This document shows, piece after piece, positions 1 to 8,234 of a stretch of DNA of 64,000 nucleotides. A program made the position numbers and the translations under genes. Numbering within the stretch: the stretch's first letter is position 1; every line of letters begins with the position of its first letter. Under the pieces are notes generated by a model. That model was not told the origin of the DNA and did no database searches. It saw nothing but the letters and a program-made list of their open reading frames with translations. The DNA lies in the NCBI GenBank assembly GCA_963169195.1, contig CAUJDN010000123.1:1021-65020 (forward strand), in the 5' to 3' direction. This stretch comes from Acidobacteriota bacterium. Lineage in GTDB: Bacteria > Acidobacteriota > Vicinamibacteria > Vicinamibacterales > UBA2999.

Positions 1-685
1 TCGTCCCGAGCATGTCGAGGGTCGGGTCGAGCTGGTTCAGCCCCAGCGGGTCCCCGGTGCCCGCGCCAAAGGTCACCTGCTGACCCGCAACCGCGGTGAC
101 CTGCATCAGCGTGCTCATCGCGCCCTTGGTGAGCATCAGGAGGTCGCCGGCGCGCAGGTTGTCCGATTCGACGTCGGGATCGTCGGAGATGTCCACCGAG
201 TCGTGGATGACCGCCATCGACCCGTCCGCGGAGATCGACGCGAGCGACACGGGCCCGAAGAGATTGTCGGCGGCCAGGATGGTGATGACGTCGGTGCACT
301 GCCCGTTGATCGGCGGCCCGAGGCCTGCCCCGACGGTGATGGCGGGCAGCGTCGAGTCGACGGGGAACGTGTCCACCCCCGGACAGGCTCCGCTCTGCGC
401 CGGCCCCGGCCGGTCAATCGGACTGGCCGCGCCGCCGTTGGGGATGCCAATGCGCCGGCCGACCGGCAGGCCCTGCCCCACCTGCAGCATGTCGCGCTGG
501 ACCAGATCCATCGCGGCGCGCAGGTGGGAATTCATGTCCAGCATCCGCTTCGCGGCCTGGTTGCCGTTCATCGCGTCGCTCATGATCTGCGTCGTGCCCG
601 CGAGCACGACGAGCATCACGGTCATGGCGATGAGCAGCTCCAGCAGGGTGAAGCCCGCCTGGTCCGAACCCGCGTGCCTGGTCAC
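1..685 (-). CDS. minor pilin / pseudopilin with prepilin-type N-terminal methylation motif (PilW/GspJ-like); C-terminus lies beyond the left window edge
   Basis: Hand translation of the minus strand from GTG at 685 gives VTRHAGSDQAGFTLLELLIAMTVMLVVLAGTTQIMSDAMNGNQAAKRML... This shows a G|FTLLE class-III signal motif plus a hydrophobic helix. There is a GTGA overlap with the stop of the upstream pilin gene. It is absent from the ORF track because it has no stop inside the window. Confidence 0.6.
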   Translation of the reverse strand, partial: MTRHAGSDQAGFTLLELLIAMTVMLVVLAGTTQIMSDAMNGNQAAKRMLDMNSHLRAAMDLVQRDMLQVGQGLPVGRRIGIPNGGAASPIDRPGPAQSGACPGVDTFPVDSTLPAITVGAGLGPPINGQCTDVITILAADNLFGPVSLASISADGSMAVIHDSVDISDDPDVESDNLRAGDLLMLTKGAMSTLMQVTAVAGQQVTFGAGTGDPLGLNQLDPTLDMLGT

Positions 686-1257
686 GAGAACCTCGAGATG
701 AGCGTCGACAGCCGGTACGTACGCCGGCGCTCGCCGATCGCGTTCGACGCGTTGTACCGGATGGTGACGATGATCTGCCGCAGATCGGGGTTGCCATCCA
801 CGTCGCAGATCTCGATCTGGCGCGTGTACCCGGCGAGCGGCACGTCGTCGGAGGTCCCGAGCTGGTTGTCGGGGCCCGGAGTGGCTTCGAGCCCTGTGTC
901 GTCGGCCGTGTTGACGAGGCCATCGGGGCCTGGGGCGAGCATGTCGACCTCGCCGTCCTGGAACGCCCCGCCGCCCACGCCGGTCGTGCCCACCGGGCAC
1001 GCACCCGGCACCGCGGCGTTGCGAATCTGCGCCCAGAGGATGGTGTGCGTGTCCCTGGCGGTATGGACGCTCTCGATCGCCTCCCGCGCCTTCTCGCGTG
1101 CCACCAGGCCGGGTGTGGACGTCGCCGCGATGTTCAACCCGAGCACGAGCGCCTGCGCGAGGGCCAGCAGCGCCACGGTCAGCAGGGTCATGGCGATGAG
1201 CGCTTCGAACAGCGTGAAGCCGCGCTCGGAGCGCGGAGTCAAGACGGTGGTCGTCAT
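682..1257 (-). CDS. prepilin-type N-terminal cleavage/methylation domain protein (type IV minor pilin or T2SS pseudopilin)
   Basis: ORF 682..1287 contains RSERGFTLFEALIAMTLLTVALLALAQ. I moved the start to ATG 1257 (MTTTVL...), which forms an ATGA overlap with the stop of the upstream gene. Confidence 0.7.
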   Translation of the reverse strand: MTTTVLTPRSERGFTLFEALIAMTLLTVALLALAQALVLGLNIAATSTPGLVAREKAREAIESVHTARDTHTILWAQIRNAAVPGACPVGTTGVGGGAFQDGEVDMLAPGPDGLVNTADDTGLEATPGPDNQLGTSDDVPLAGYTRQIEICDVDGNPDLRQIIVTIRYNASNAIGERRRTYRLSTLISRFS

Positions 1258-1817
1258 TTCGTCCACCCCACTCCGTCCCATCGCCACCGCTCGATGTTGG
1301 CGGTGGCGCCGAGAATCGTGACAGCGGTTGCCGAGAGCGGGTCGCCCTCGATGCCGAGCGACACGGTGGCGTTGATGGGGTTGCCGGCGGCGTCGATGAA
1401 CGCGCCTTCGCTGGAGAACATCACCGGCGCCGCGCCGCCCAGCGCCACCGCGGTCGCGTTGCCGAACAGGTTGGGCGTGTCGGGCAACGCCGGGAAGAGC
1501 TCATATTCGATGCCGCTCTCGAACGTCAGGGTCTCGAGCACCGTGGGTGCGGGAGTCGCCGCCGGGGGATCGGGAACGGCCCGCTGCGCGCTCTGGACCT
1601 GGTTCGGCGGCAGGAAGCGGATCTCGATGTCACGCCGTCGGGCGACCGCCATCTCCCGGTGGCGTTTCAGGAAGCCATCCAGCTGCTGCGAACCCGTCTC
1701 GCCGCGGGTCATCCGGACGATGGTCGTGGTGACACCGATCCCGACGCCGGCGAGGATGGACAGGACGGCCACCGCGACAAGGATCTCGACCAGAGTGAAC
1801 CCGCGCTCGTTCTGCAT
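1254..1817 (-). CDS. GspH/FimT-like pseudopilin with prepilin-type leader
   Basis: ORF 1254..1973. The internal ATG at 1817 gives MQNERGFTLVEILVAVAVLSILAGV..., a canonical short leader plus GFTLVE motif. The 52 upstream codons of the long ORF look non-coding. Confidence 0.7.
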   Translation of the reverse strand: MQNERGFTLVEILVAVAVLSILAGVGIGVTTTIVRMTRGETGSQQLDGFLKRHREMAVARRRDIEIRFLPPNQVQSAQRAVPDPPAATPAPTVLETLTFESGIEYELFPALPDTPNLFGNATAVALGGAAPVMFSSEGAFIDAAGNPINATVSLGIEGDPLSATAVTILGATANIERWRWDGVGWTK

Positions 1818-2298
1818 GGACGCTCCGTGCCCGAGCAATTCCCGATCCACGCGCGTCGTCCGTCCTAACTGGCTGAGGCCCTGCGGGTTGACACCAGGGA
1901 GGCGACGTTTCGCCACATCTTCGCTCGTCCTGTTCTGGCACATCGGGAAACGGATTCGTGATCGGGCCGGCACGCGCCGCGCGGAGTACCCTATTCATCG
2001 GATTCAGTCCCCCAAGGCATCAGTCAACCGTTCCCAGTGACGCTCAGCCGGGAGCGAGGAAGCCCCCGACCGCGACGTCAGGCCGTTCGGCGAATTCATC
2101 CAGCAGGAACCTTCCCTCGGCCACGCAGAGCAACCCCACGAACAACGCGCCCGTCGTGTTCTTCAGCCGCCGCATCGGGCTGCAGGCGGGCCAGGTGGTC
2201 CCCACAGCCGCATCGGCGCCATCGCGACGCGGCGCGGCTCCGGGCTGCAAGGGGCGGACAGCTGCTGCCCATCGTGACTTCGTGGTCCCTCTGACAGC

Positions 2299-3933
2299 CT
2301 ATTCTTCGGCCATGAAGGGATAGGTGTAATCCGTCGGGGGCGCGAAGGTTTCCTTGATGGTGCGCGGGCTGACCCACCGCAGCAGGTTCAGCTTCGACCC
2401 GGCCTTGTCGTTGGTGCCGCTGGCACGCGATCCGCCGAAGGGCTGCTGCGCGACGACCGCCCCCGTGGGCTTGTCGTTGATGTAGAAGTTGCCGGCCGCG
2501 TTCCTCAGCGTGTTCGACGCCTCGCGGATGGCCCCGCGGTCGCGCGCGAAGATCGAGCCCGTGAGCGCGTAGGGCGCGGTCCGGTCCACCACCTGCAGCG
2601 TCTCGCTCCACCTCGACTCGTCGTAGACGTGCACGGCGAGCACGGGCCCGAAGATCTCCTCGCACAGCAGGCGATAGGCGGGGTTGGCGGTCTCGAGCAG
2701 CGTGGGCTCGATGAACCAGCCCTCCTCGCCGTGACAGCCCCCGCCCTGCAGCACGCGCGCGTTCCTCTTCGCGTCCTCGACATACTCGCTGATCTTCGTG
2801 AAGGCCTTCCGGTCGATGACCGCGCCCATGAAGTTGCGGAAGTCGCGCACGTCCCCCATGCGGATCCCCTGCATCATGCCGACCATCCGGTCGCGCACGT
2901 CGTTCCAGCGCGAGCGCGGCACGTACATCCGGCTGGCGGCGGAGCACTTCTGTCCCTGGTACTCGAACGCGCCGCGCACGGCCGCCACCGCCACCTCCTG
3001 CGGGTCCGCCGACGCGTGCATGACGATGAAGTCCTTGCCGCCCGTCTCGCCGACCAGCCGCGGATAGCCCCGGTACCTGGCCAGGTTCTGCCCGACGCGC
3101 TGCCAGAGGCCCTGGAACACGCTCGTGCTGCCGGTGAAGTGCACACCGGCGAGTTCCGGGTGATCCAGCACGGCATTCGAGATCTCGACGGGATCGCCGG
3201 GGACGAAATTGATGACGCCCGGGGGCAGGCCCGCGGCCTCGAGCAGCTTGTAGGTGTAGTAGTTGGACAGGAGCGACGCGGCGGCCGGCTTCCAGACCAC
3301 GGTGCACCCCATCAGCGCGGGCGCGCCGGAGAGGTTGCCCCCGATGGCCGTGAAGTTGAAGGGCGTAATCGCGTAGACGAAGCCTTCCAGCGGCCGGTAG
3401 TCAATCTGGTTCCAGAACCCGTGCGAGCTGATGGGCTGCTCGGCGAGCAGTTCCTGGGCGAAGTAGGGGTTGAAGCGCCAGAAGTCCACCATCTCGGACG
3501 CCGCGTCGATCTCGGCCTGGTACGCCGTCTTCGACTGGCCGAGCATCGTGGCCGCGTTCAGGGTCTGCCGCCACGTCGTGGTCAGCAGTTCGGCCGCGCG
3601 CAGGAAGATGGCCGCCCGGTCCTCGAAGGGCCATCCCGCCCATTCCCGGCGTGCCTCGAGCGCGGCGGCGATGGCCTGCTTCACGTGCTCCGACGAGGCC
3701 TTGTGCCACGTGGCGAGCACGTGCCCGTGCCTGTGCGGCATCACCACGGTCCCGGTGTCGCCCGTGCGGATCTCCTTCCCGCCGATGATGACGGGAATGT
3801 CGATCTGCTCCCCTGCCATGGCAGCCAGGCGAGCCTTCAGCTCGGCCCGCTCGGGCGAGCCCGGGCGATAGGACAAGTTCGGATCGTTCTGCGGCGGTGG
3901 GACCCGCCGGCGGGCGGCAAGGACGTCAATCAT
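2299..3933 (-). CDS. pruA: L-glutamate gamma-semialdehyde (1-pyrroline-5-carboxylate) dehydrogenase
   Basis: 544-aa ORF with aldehyde dehydrogenase superfamily signatures (FTGSTSVF, EYQGQKCSAASR catalytic Cys region, GGKDF). The N-terminal region matches stand-alone P5C dehydrogenases. A GAAGGA Shine-Dalgarno lies upstream of the ATG. Confidence 0.88.
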   Translation of the reverse strand: MIDVLAARRRVPPPQNDPNLSYRPGSPERAELKARLAAMAGEQIDIPVIIGGKEIRTGDTGTVVMPHRHGHVLATWHKASSEHVKQAIAAALEARREWAGWPFEDRAAIFLRAAELLTTTWRQTLNAATMLGQSKTAYQAEIDAASEMVDFWRFNPYFAQELLAEQPISSHGFWNQIDYRPLEGFVYAITPFNFTAIGGNLSGAPALMGCTVVWKPAAASLLSNYYTYKLLEAAGLPPGVINFVPGDPVEISNAVLDHPELAGVHFTGSTSVFQGLWQRVGQNLARYRGYPRLVGETGGKDFIVMHASADPQEVAVAAVRGAFEYQGQKCSAASRMYVPRSRWNDVRDRMVGMMQGIRMGDVRDFRNFMGAVIDRKAFTKISEYVEDAKRNARVLQGGGCHGEEGWFIEPTLLETANPAYRLLCEEIFGPVLAVHVYDESRWSETLQVVDRTAPYALTGSIFARDRGAIREASNTLRNAAGNFYINDKPTGAVVAQQPFGGSRASGTNDKAGSKLNLLRWVSPRTIKETFAPPTDYTYPFMAEE

Positions 3934-3961
3934 GGGTCAATTCCTTCGATGAAGGCACGGA

Positions 3962-4010
3962 GGTTCGAAGCACAAGGGTTCAAAGCACAAGGGTTCAAAG
4001 CACAAGGGTG
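3962..4010. repeat. 15-nt tandem repeat GGTTCRAAGCACAAG x3.3
   Basis: Read directly from the sequence: ggttcgaagcacaag ggttcaaagcacaag ggttcaaagcacaag ggtg. It lies between the MATE stop and the pruA start. Confidence 0.85.
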
Positions 4011-4013
4011 TGG

Positions 4014-5423
4014 CTACGCCCTCGCGCCCTCGATCTCCACCTTGATGTGTCGCCAGCGGCCCTGGCGGAAGCGGAGCACGGTGAGCACGCATCGCGTGAA
4101 ATGGCCCAGCACGATGGCCAGCCAGATGTCAGAGGCCACGAGCGGCCGGGTCGCCTGGATGGCCAGGCACATGCCGATGGGCACCGCCATCTGAGAGGCC
4201 AGCGTGATGAAAAGCGGGCTGCGCGTGTCGCCGGTCCCCTGCAGGCCGCCGGTGTAGGTGAGCGCGACGGTGATGAAGAAGCCCGACACGGCGAGGTACT
4301 GAAGGAGTTGCTCGCCCAGCCGGGCGACCTCGGGCTCGGTGGCGCCGAAGAGCCCGAGCAGCAGGTGCGGGGCCGCCACGAACGCCAGGCCCACGCCGCC
4401 GGCCACCCACAGCCCAATCCGCGACGCCGCGTGCACGCCGAGGATGGCGCGCTCGGGGTGCCCCGCGCCCAGGTTCTGGCCCGCGACCGTCGCCGCGGCG
4501 CCCATCAGGCCCACGGAGGTCCACGTGATCATCGAGAAGAGCTCGGTGTAGCCGATGGCGTAGGCGGCCTGGGCCGCCGCGCTGTGCTCCAGCGACCCGA
4601 TGAAGCGGAGCAGCAGGACGCCGGCGACGTTCATCGCGATGCCCTGCACGCCGGTGGGCAGGCCGAAGCGGAACAGCGATCGGATGATCGCCCAGTCGGG
4701 CCTGACGTCCATGTGCCGCGAGAAGCGGATGACGAGCTTGCCCCTGAAGAAGAGGTACAGCGCAGCGACACTGACCGTGTTCGACGCGATCACGGTGCCC
4801 AGGGCCGACCCGGTCGTGCCCAGCTTCGGCACCAGGATCAGGTTCAACACCAGGTTGAGCAGCGTCATCGTGACCCCGAGCCGGAGCGGCGTGCGCGCGT
4901 CGCCGGCCGCCCGGAGGGCACTGCTCAGCATGAAGAACAGCATCATGCCGATGCTGAACGTGAAGTTGATGCGGAGGAACGGCAGCGCCTGCGCCTTCAC
5001 CTCGGGGGCGGCGTTCACCATGTCGAGCAGGTACGGCGCCGCGAAGTACCCGAACGGCGCGAGCAGCAGGCCGAACATCGCCAGGGCCGTCAGGAAGGCC
5101 TGGTAGACGGTGCGGTTGACCTTGTCCTCCTCGCCCGCCCCGGCGAAGCGCGCCACCAGCACCGCCTGGCCGGTGAACAGCGACGCCATGAAGACGATGA
5201 CGACGAGGAAGATCTGCCAGCTGATGCCAATGGCCGCATTGGCCGTGTAGCCGATCAGGTTGCCGACCAGGACGTGGTCCACCACGCCCTGCAGTCCGGC
5301 CACCACGTTCTGCAGCATCGTGGGCCACGCCAGCCTCCACACGGCCGGGCCGATGGGGCCTTCCACGAGCGAACGGTCGAACGGCGTGGGCTTCGTCTGC
5401 GCGCGCGGCGCCGGGTCGGCCAT
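4014..5423 (-). CDS. MATE family efflux transporter
   Basis: ORF 4014..5666. From ATG 5423 the protein reads MADPAPRAQTKPTPFDRSLVEGPIGPAVWRLAWPTMLQNVVAGLQGVVDHVLVG..., a typical MATE N-terminus, and has about 12 hydrophobic helices. The 81 upstream codons translate the octamer repeat and are not coding. Confidence 0.88.
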   Translation of the reverse strand: MADPAPRAQTKPTPFDRSLVEGPIGPAVWRLAWPTMLQNVVAGLQGVVDHVLVGNLIGYTANAAIGISWQIFLVVIVFMASLFTGQAVLVARFAGAGEEDKVNRTVYQAFLTALAMFGLLLAPFGYFAAPYLLDMVNAAPEVKAQALPFLRINFTFSIGMMLFFMLSSALRAAGDARTPLRLGVTMTLLNLVLNLILVPKLGTTGSALGTVIASNTVSVAALYLFFRGKLVIRFSRHMDVRPDWAIIRSLFRFGLPTGVQGIAMNVAGVLLLRFIGSLEHSAAAQAAYAIGYTELFSMITWTSVGLMGAAATVAGQNLGAGHPERAILGVHAASRIGLWVAGGVGLAFVAAPHLLLGLFGATEPEVARLGEQLLQYLAVSGFFITVALTYTGGLQGTGDTRSPLFITLASQMAVPIGMCLAIQATRPLVASDIWLAIVLGHFTRCVLTVLRFRQGRWRHIKVEIEGARA

Positions 5424-5466
5424 AGACGGCTGAGACAGGGTTCGAGACGGACTTCCGATTCTACTC

Positions 5467-5578
5467 GTTCTGGGGTTCTGGGGTTCTGGGGTTCTGAGGT
5501 TCTGAGGTTCTGGGGTTCTGGGGTTCTGCGGTTCTGGGGTTCTGGGGTTTGCGGGTTCTGAGGTTCTGAGGTTCTGAG
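5467..5578. repeat. octamer tandem array GTTCTGRG (=GGGGTTCT family), 14 units, G-rich on plus strand
   Basis: Read directly from the sequence. Units are gttctggg x3, gttctgag x2, gttctggg x2, gttctgcg, gttctggg x2, gtttgcgg, gttctgag x3. Confidence 0.9.
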
Positions 5579-5587
5579 TGCTAGGCT

Positions 5588-6088
5588 CGGGAAGGCAAAG
5601 AAGGGAACCACGGCCGTCGACACGCGCCGCCAGGCCTTGCCGATCGTCGGGAAGCGCTGGCCCCACTCGCTGGCCTCGACGGTGCTGATGAGATCCGGCG
5701 AGACATCGACCGCGTACATTTCCAGCAGAAAGGCCTGAATCTCGCGGACGGTGAGGCCCCGCGCCTATAGCGCGAGGCTCTCGTCATCGAAGCCGGTGAA
5801 GCGGCGTACACGCGCGGCCCGTCATCGGTCAGCACCGTCTTGCCGCCAGTGCCGTTGCGATGATTGGCCGCGTCGTCGGGCTTGGCCCCGCCGGGGGCAT
5901 AGCCGAGATGGTGGCTCAGCTCCGCCCCGAGCGCGCGCTCGATGATGGCTTTCTTGAAGCGCCGGGTGGCGGCCTCGACTTTCGGCCGCGGTCAGCGGCC
6001 CTTCGCGCACGAACTGGTCCAGCACCTGGACCGGCACCGGGGCCAGGATTTCGGCGTCACGCGTTTCGCTCTTCCGTTTGCGGGGCAT
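5588..6088 (-). pseudogene. decayed IS256-family (mutator-type) transposase remnant
   Basis: Three minus-strand frames together give MPRKRKSETRDAEILAPVPVQVLDQFVREGPLTAAE / VEAATRRFKKAIIERALGAELSHHLGYAPGGAKPDDAANHRNGTGGKTVLTDDGP / [41 protein letters not shown] / EWGQRFPTIGKAWRR..VVPFFAFP. These are hallmark IS256 N- and C-terminal blocks. The remnant carries frameshifts, an in-frame TAG and loss of the central DDE region. Confidence 0.8.
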
Positions 6089-6164
6089 GGGACCTCCTCA
6101 TCCTATGCCTCACACACAGAATTTCTGACACCCTCGGCTCGCAGAACCCTCGAAACATGCACTC

Positions 6165-6240
6165 GAGAACCCCAGAACCCCAGAACCCCAGAACCTCAGA
6201 ACCTCAGAACCCCAGAACCTCAGAACCCCAGAACCTCAGA
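6165..6240. repeat. octamer tandem array CAGAACCY (reverse complement of GGGTTCTG), about 9.5 units, G-rich on minus strand
   Basis: Read directly from the sequence. The last unit contains the stop codon of the topoisomerase B-subunit gene. An isolated copy (gcagaaccct) lies at 6141-6150. Confidence 0.9.
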
Positions 6241-8140
6241 CATCTATCTCCCCCGCATCCTCCGCCCGTTCCATGATGAAGCGGAACCGCGCCGAGGCGT
6301 CCTTCCCCATCAGCTCGTTGATCACGCGGTCCGTCACCAGCTGGTCGGCCACCTGCACCTTGAGGAGCCGACGCGTGCGGGGGTTCAGCGTCGTCTCCCA
6401 CAGCACCTTCGGCATCATCTCGCCCAGGCCCTTGAAGCGCGTGATCTCCGGCGTCGCGCGGCCGGTCTTCTGCCGCACGATCTGGTTCTTCTGCGCCTCG
6501 TCCAGGGCCCAGTAGGTCTCCTTGCCGATGTCGATGCGGTAGAGCGGCGGCTGCGCCAGGTACACCTTCCCCGCCGTGATCAGCTGCGGCAGGTGGCGGT
6601 ACAGGAACGTGAGGAGCAGCGTGGAGATGTGATGGCCGTCGGAGTCGGCGTCGGCCAGCAGGATCACCTTGCCGTACCGCATCCGGTTGAGGTCGAAGTG
6701 CTTCCCGACGCCGCACCCCAGCGCGGTCACCAGGTCCGCAAGTTCCTTGTTCTCGAGGACCTTCGCCGTGGACACACCCTCGGTGTTCAGCACCTTGCCG
6801 CGCAGCGGGAGGATGGCCTGCCGTGCGCGGTCTCGGCCCTGCTTGGCCGACCCGCCGGCCGAATCGCCCTCCACGATGAAGAGCTCGCTGGTGATGGAGC
6901 CGGGATGGGTGCAGTCGGAGAGCTTGCCGGGCAGGTTCACGCGCCCCGCCGTGGGCCCCTTCCGCACCACTTCCTGCTGGGCCGCGCGGCTGGCCTCGCG
7001 CGCCCGCGCCGCCAGGATGATGCGCGCGACAATGGCCTCGGCCACCGACTGGTTGTTGTTCAGCCAGTGCTCGAGCGCGGGCCGCACGAGGCCATCCACG
7101 GCCGAGAGCACCTCGGGGTTGTTCAACCGGTCCTTGGTCTGTCCCTGGAACTGCGGCTCCTGCACGAACACGGACAGGATGCCCGTGGTGCCCTCGCGGA
7201 TGTCATCGGCGGTGAGGGTGACGCCCTTCGGCGAAAGGGTGTGCGTCTCGATGTAGTTGCGCACGGCCTTGCCCACCCCGGCCCGGAGGCCGCTCTCGTG
7301 CGTGCCGCCGGAACCCGTCGGGATGCCGTTCACGTAGCTCCGCAGGTGCTCGTCGGTGGACTCGGTCCACTGGAGCACGAGCTCCAGCTTGACGCCGTTC
7401 TCCTTCTCGAGCACGAACGGCGCCTCGTGCACGGGCCTGGCCTGCCGCTCCGCGACGATCTTCTTCAGGTAGTCGACCAGGCCTTCGGCGTGCTGGAACA
7501 CGTCCTTGCGGCCGGCCGGCTCGTCCTCGAAGGCGACCTTGACGCCGCGGTGCAGGTAGCTGGCCACTTCCAGCCGGTCGCGGATGATCGCGCCGTCGAA
7601 CTCCACCTTCGGGAAGATGGTCGGGTCCGGCCGGAAGAACACGCTGGTCCCGCTGCCGCGCGCCGGGCCGGTCTTCCTGAGAGCACCCGTGGGCCTGCCC
7701 TGCTTGAAGCTCATCTCCCACTGCGCGCCGTCGCGGCGCACCGTGGCGACGAGCTCGCGCGAGAGCGCGTTCACCACGCTCGCGCCCACGCCGTGCAGGC
7801 CGCCCGCCGTCTTGTAGTTGCCGGCCTCGAACTTCCCGCCCGCGTGGAGGACCGTGAAGATCACTTCGAGCGCGCTCTTCTTCGTCTTCGGGTGCACGTC
7901 CACCGGGATCCCGCGCCCGTCGTCCTCGATGGTGATGGACGAACCGTCCTTGTGCAGGGTCACCCGGATGTTCGAGGCGTAGCCGTTCATCGCCTCGTCG
8001 ATGGCGTTGTCGAGCACTTCCCAGACCAGGTGGTGCAGCCCCGCGGCGCCGACGCCGCCGATGTACATGCCCGGGCGCTTGCGAACGGGCTCGAGGCCCT
8101 CGAGGACGGTGATGTCTTTGGCTGTGTAAGTCGTGGACAA
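6236..8140 (-). CDS. type IIA DNA topoisomerase subunit B (GyrB/ParE family, short 634-aa form)
   Basis: MSTTYTAKDITVLEGLEPVRKRPGMYIGG..HHLVWEVLDNAIDEA..GGLHGVGASVVNALS (GHKL ATPase) plus the Toprim block EGDSAGGSAKQGRDR and PLRGKVLN. The start codon is TTG. I cannot separate gyrB from parE by eye. Confidence 0.9.
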   Translation of the reverse strand: MSTTYTAKDITVLEGLEPVRKRPGMYIGGVGAAGLHHLVWEVLDNAIDEAMNGYASNIRVTLHKDGSSITIEDDGRGIPVDVHPKTKKSALEVIFTVLHAGGKFEAGNYKTAGGLHGVGASVVNALSRELVATVRRDGAQWEMSFKQGRPTGALRKTGPARGSGTSVFFRPDPTIFPKVEFDGAIIRDRLEVASYLHRGVKVAFEDEPAGRKDVFQHAEGLVDYLKKIVAERQARPVHEAPFVLEKENGVKLELVLQWTESTDEHLRSYVNGIPTGSGGTHESGLRAGVGKAVRNYIETHTLSPKGVTLTADDIREGTTGILSVFVQEPQFQGQTKDRLNNPEVLSAVDGLVRPALEHWLNNNQSVAEAIVARIILAARAREASRAAQQEVVRKGPTAGRVNLPGKLSDCTHPGSITSELFIVEGDSAGGSAKQGRDRARQAILPLRGKVLNTEGVSTAKVLENKELADLVTALGCGVGKHFDLNRMRYGKVILLADADSDGHHISTLLLTFLYRHLPQLITAGKVYLAQPPLYRIDIGKETYWALDEAQKNQIVRQKTGRATPEITRFKGLGEMMPKVLWETTLNPRTRRLLKVQVADQLVTDRVINELMGKDASARFRFIMERAEDAGEIDV

Positions 8141-8157
8141 GGCAGGAAAGATTGTAA

Positions 8158-8229
8158 AGGTTCTGAGGTTCTGAGGTTCTGAGGTTCTGGGGTTCTGGGG
8201 TTCTGGGGTTCTGGGGTTCTGGGGTTCGC
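8158..8229. repeat. octamer tandem array GGTTCTGR, 9 units, G-rich on plus strand
   Basis: Read directly: ggttctga x3, ggttctgg x5, ggttcgcg. It lies about 18 nt upstream of the topoisomerase B start and just downstream of the DUF1835 stop. Confidence 0.9.
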
Positions 8230-8234
8230 GGGCT

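Noticed and set aside
2044-2250. Small ORFs (68-121 aa, both strands) in the 325-nt spacer between the pilin operon and pruA.
   Set aside because: They have no recognisable motifs, overlap one another in several frames and have no Shine-Dalgarno or promoter context. This is most likely a non-coding regulatory spacer.
5942-8182. Very long ORFs antisense to real genes (for example 5942..8182 +, 14754..19772 +, 28643..31087 +, 36019..39114 -, 45009..46745 -, 49246..51816 +, 49616..51952 -, 61269..63329 +).
   Set aside because: These are typical shadow ORFs of a roughly 70% GC genome. Their translations are Arg/Ala/Gly/Pro-rich low-complexity sequence with no recognisable motifs. The opposite strand or another frame carries proteins with clear family signatures.
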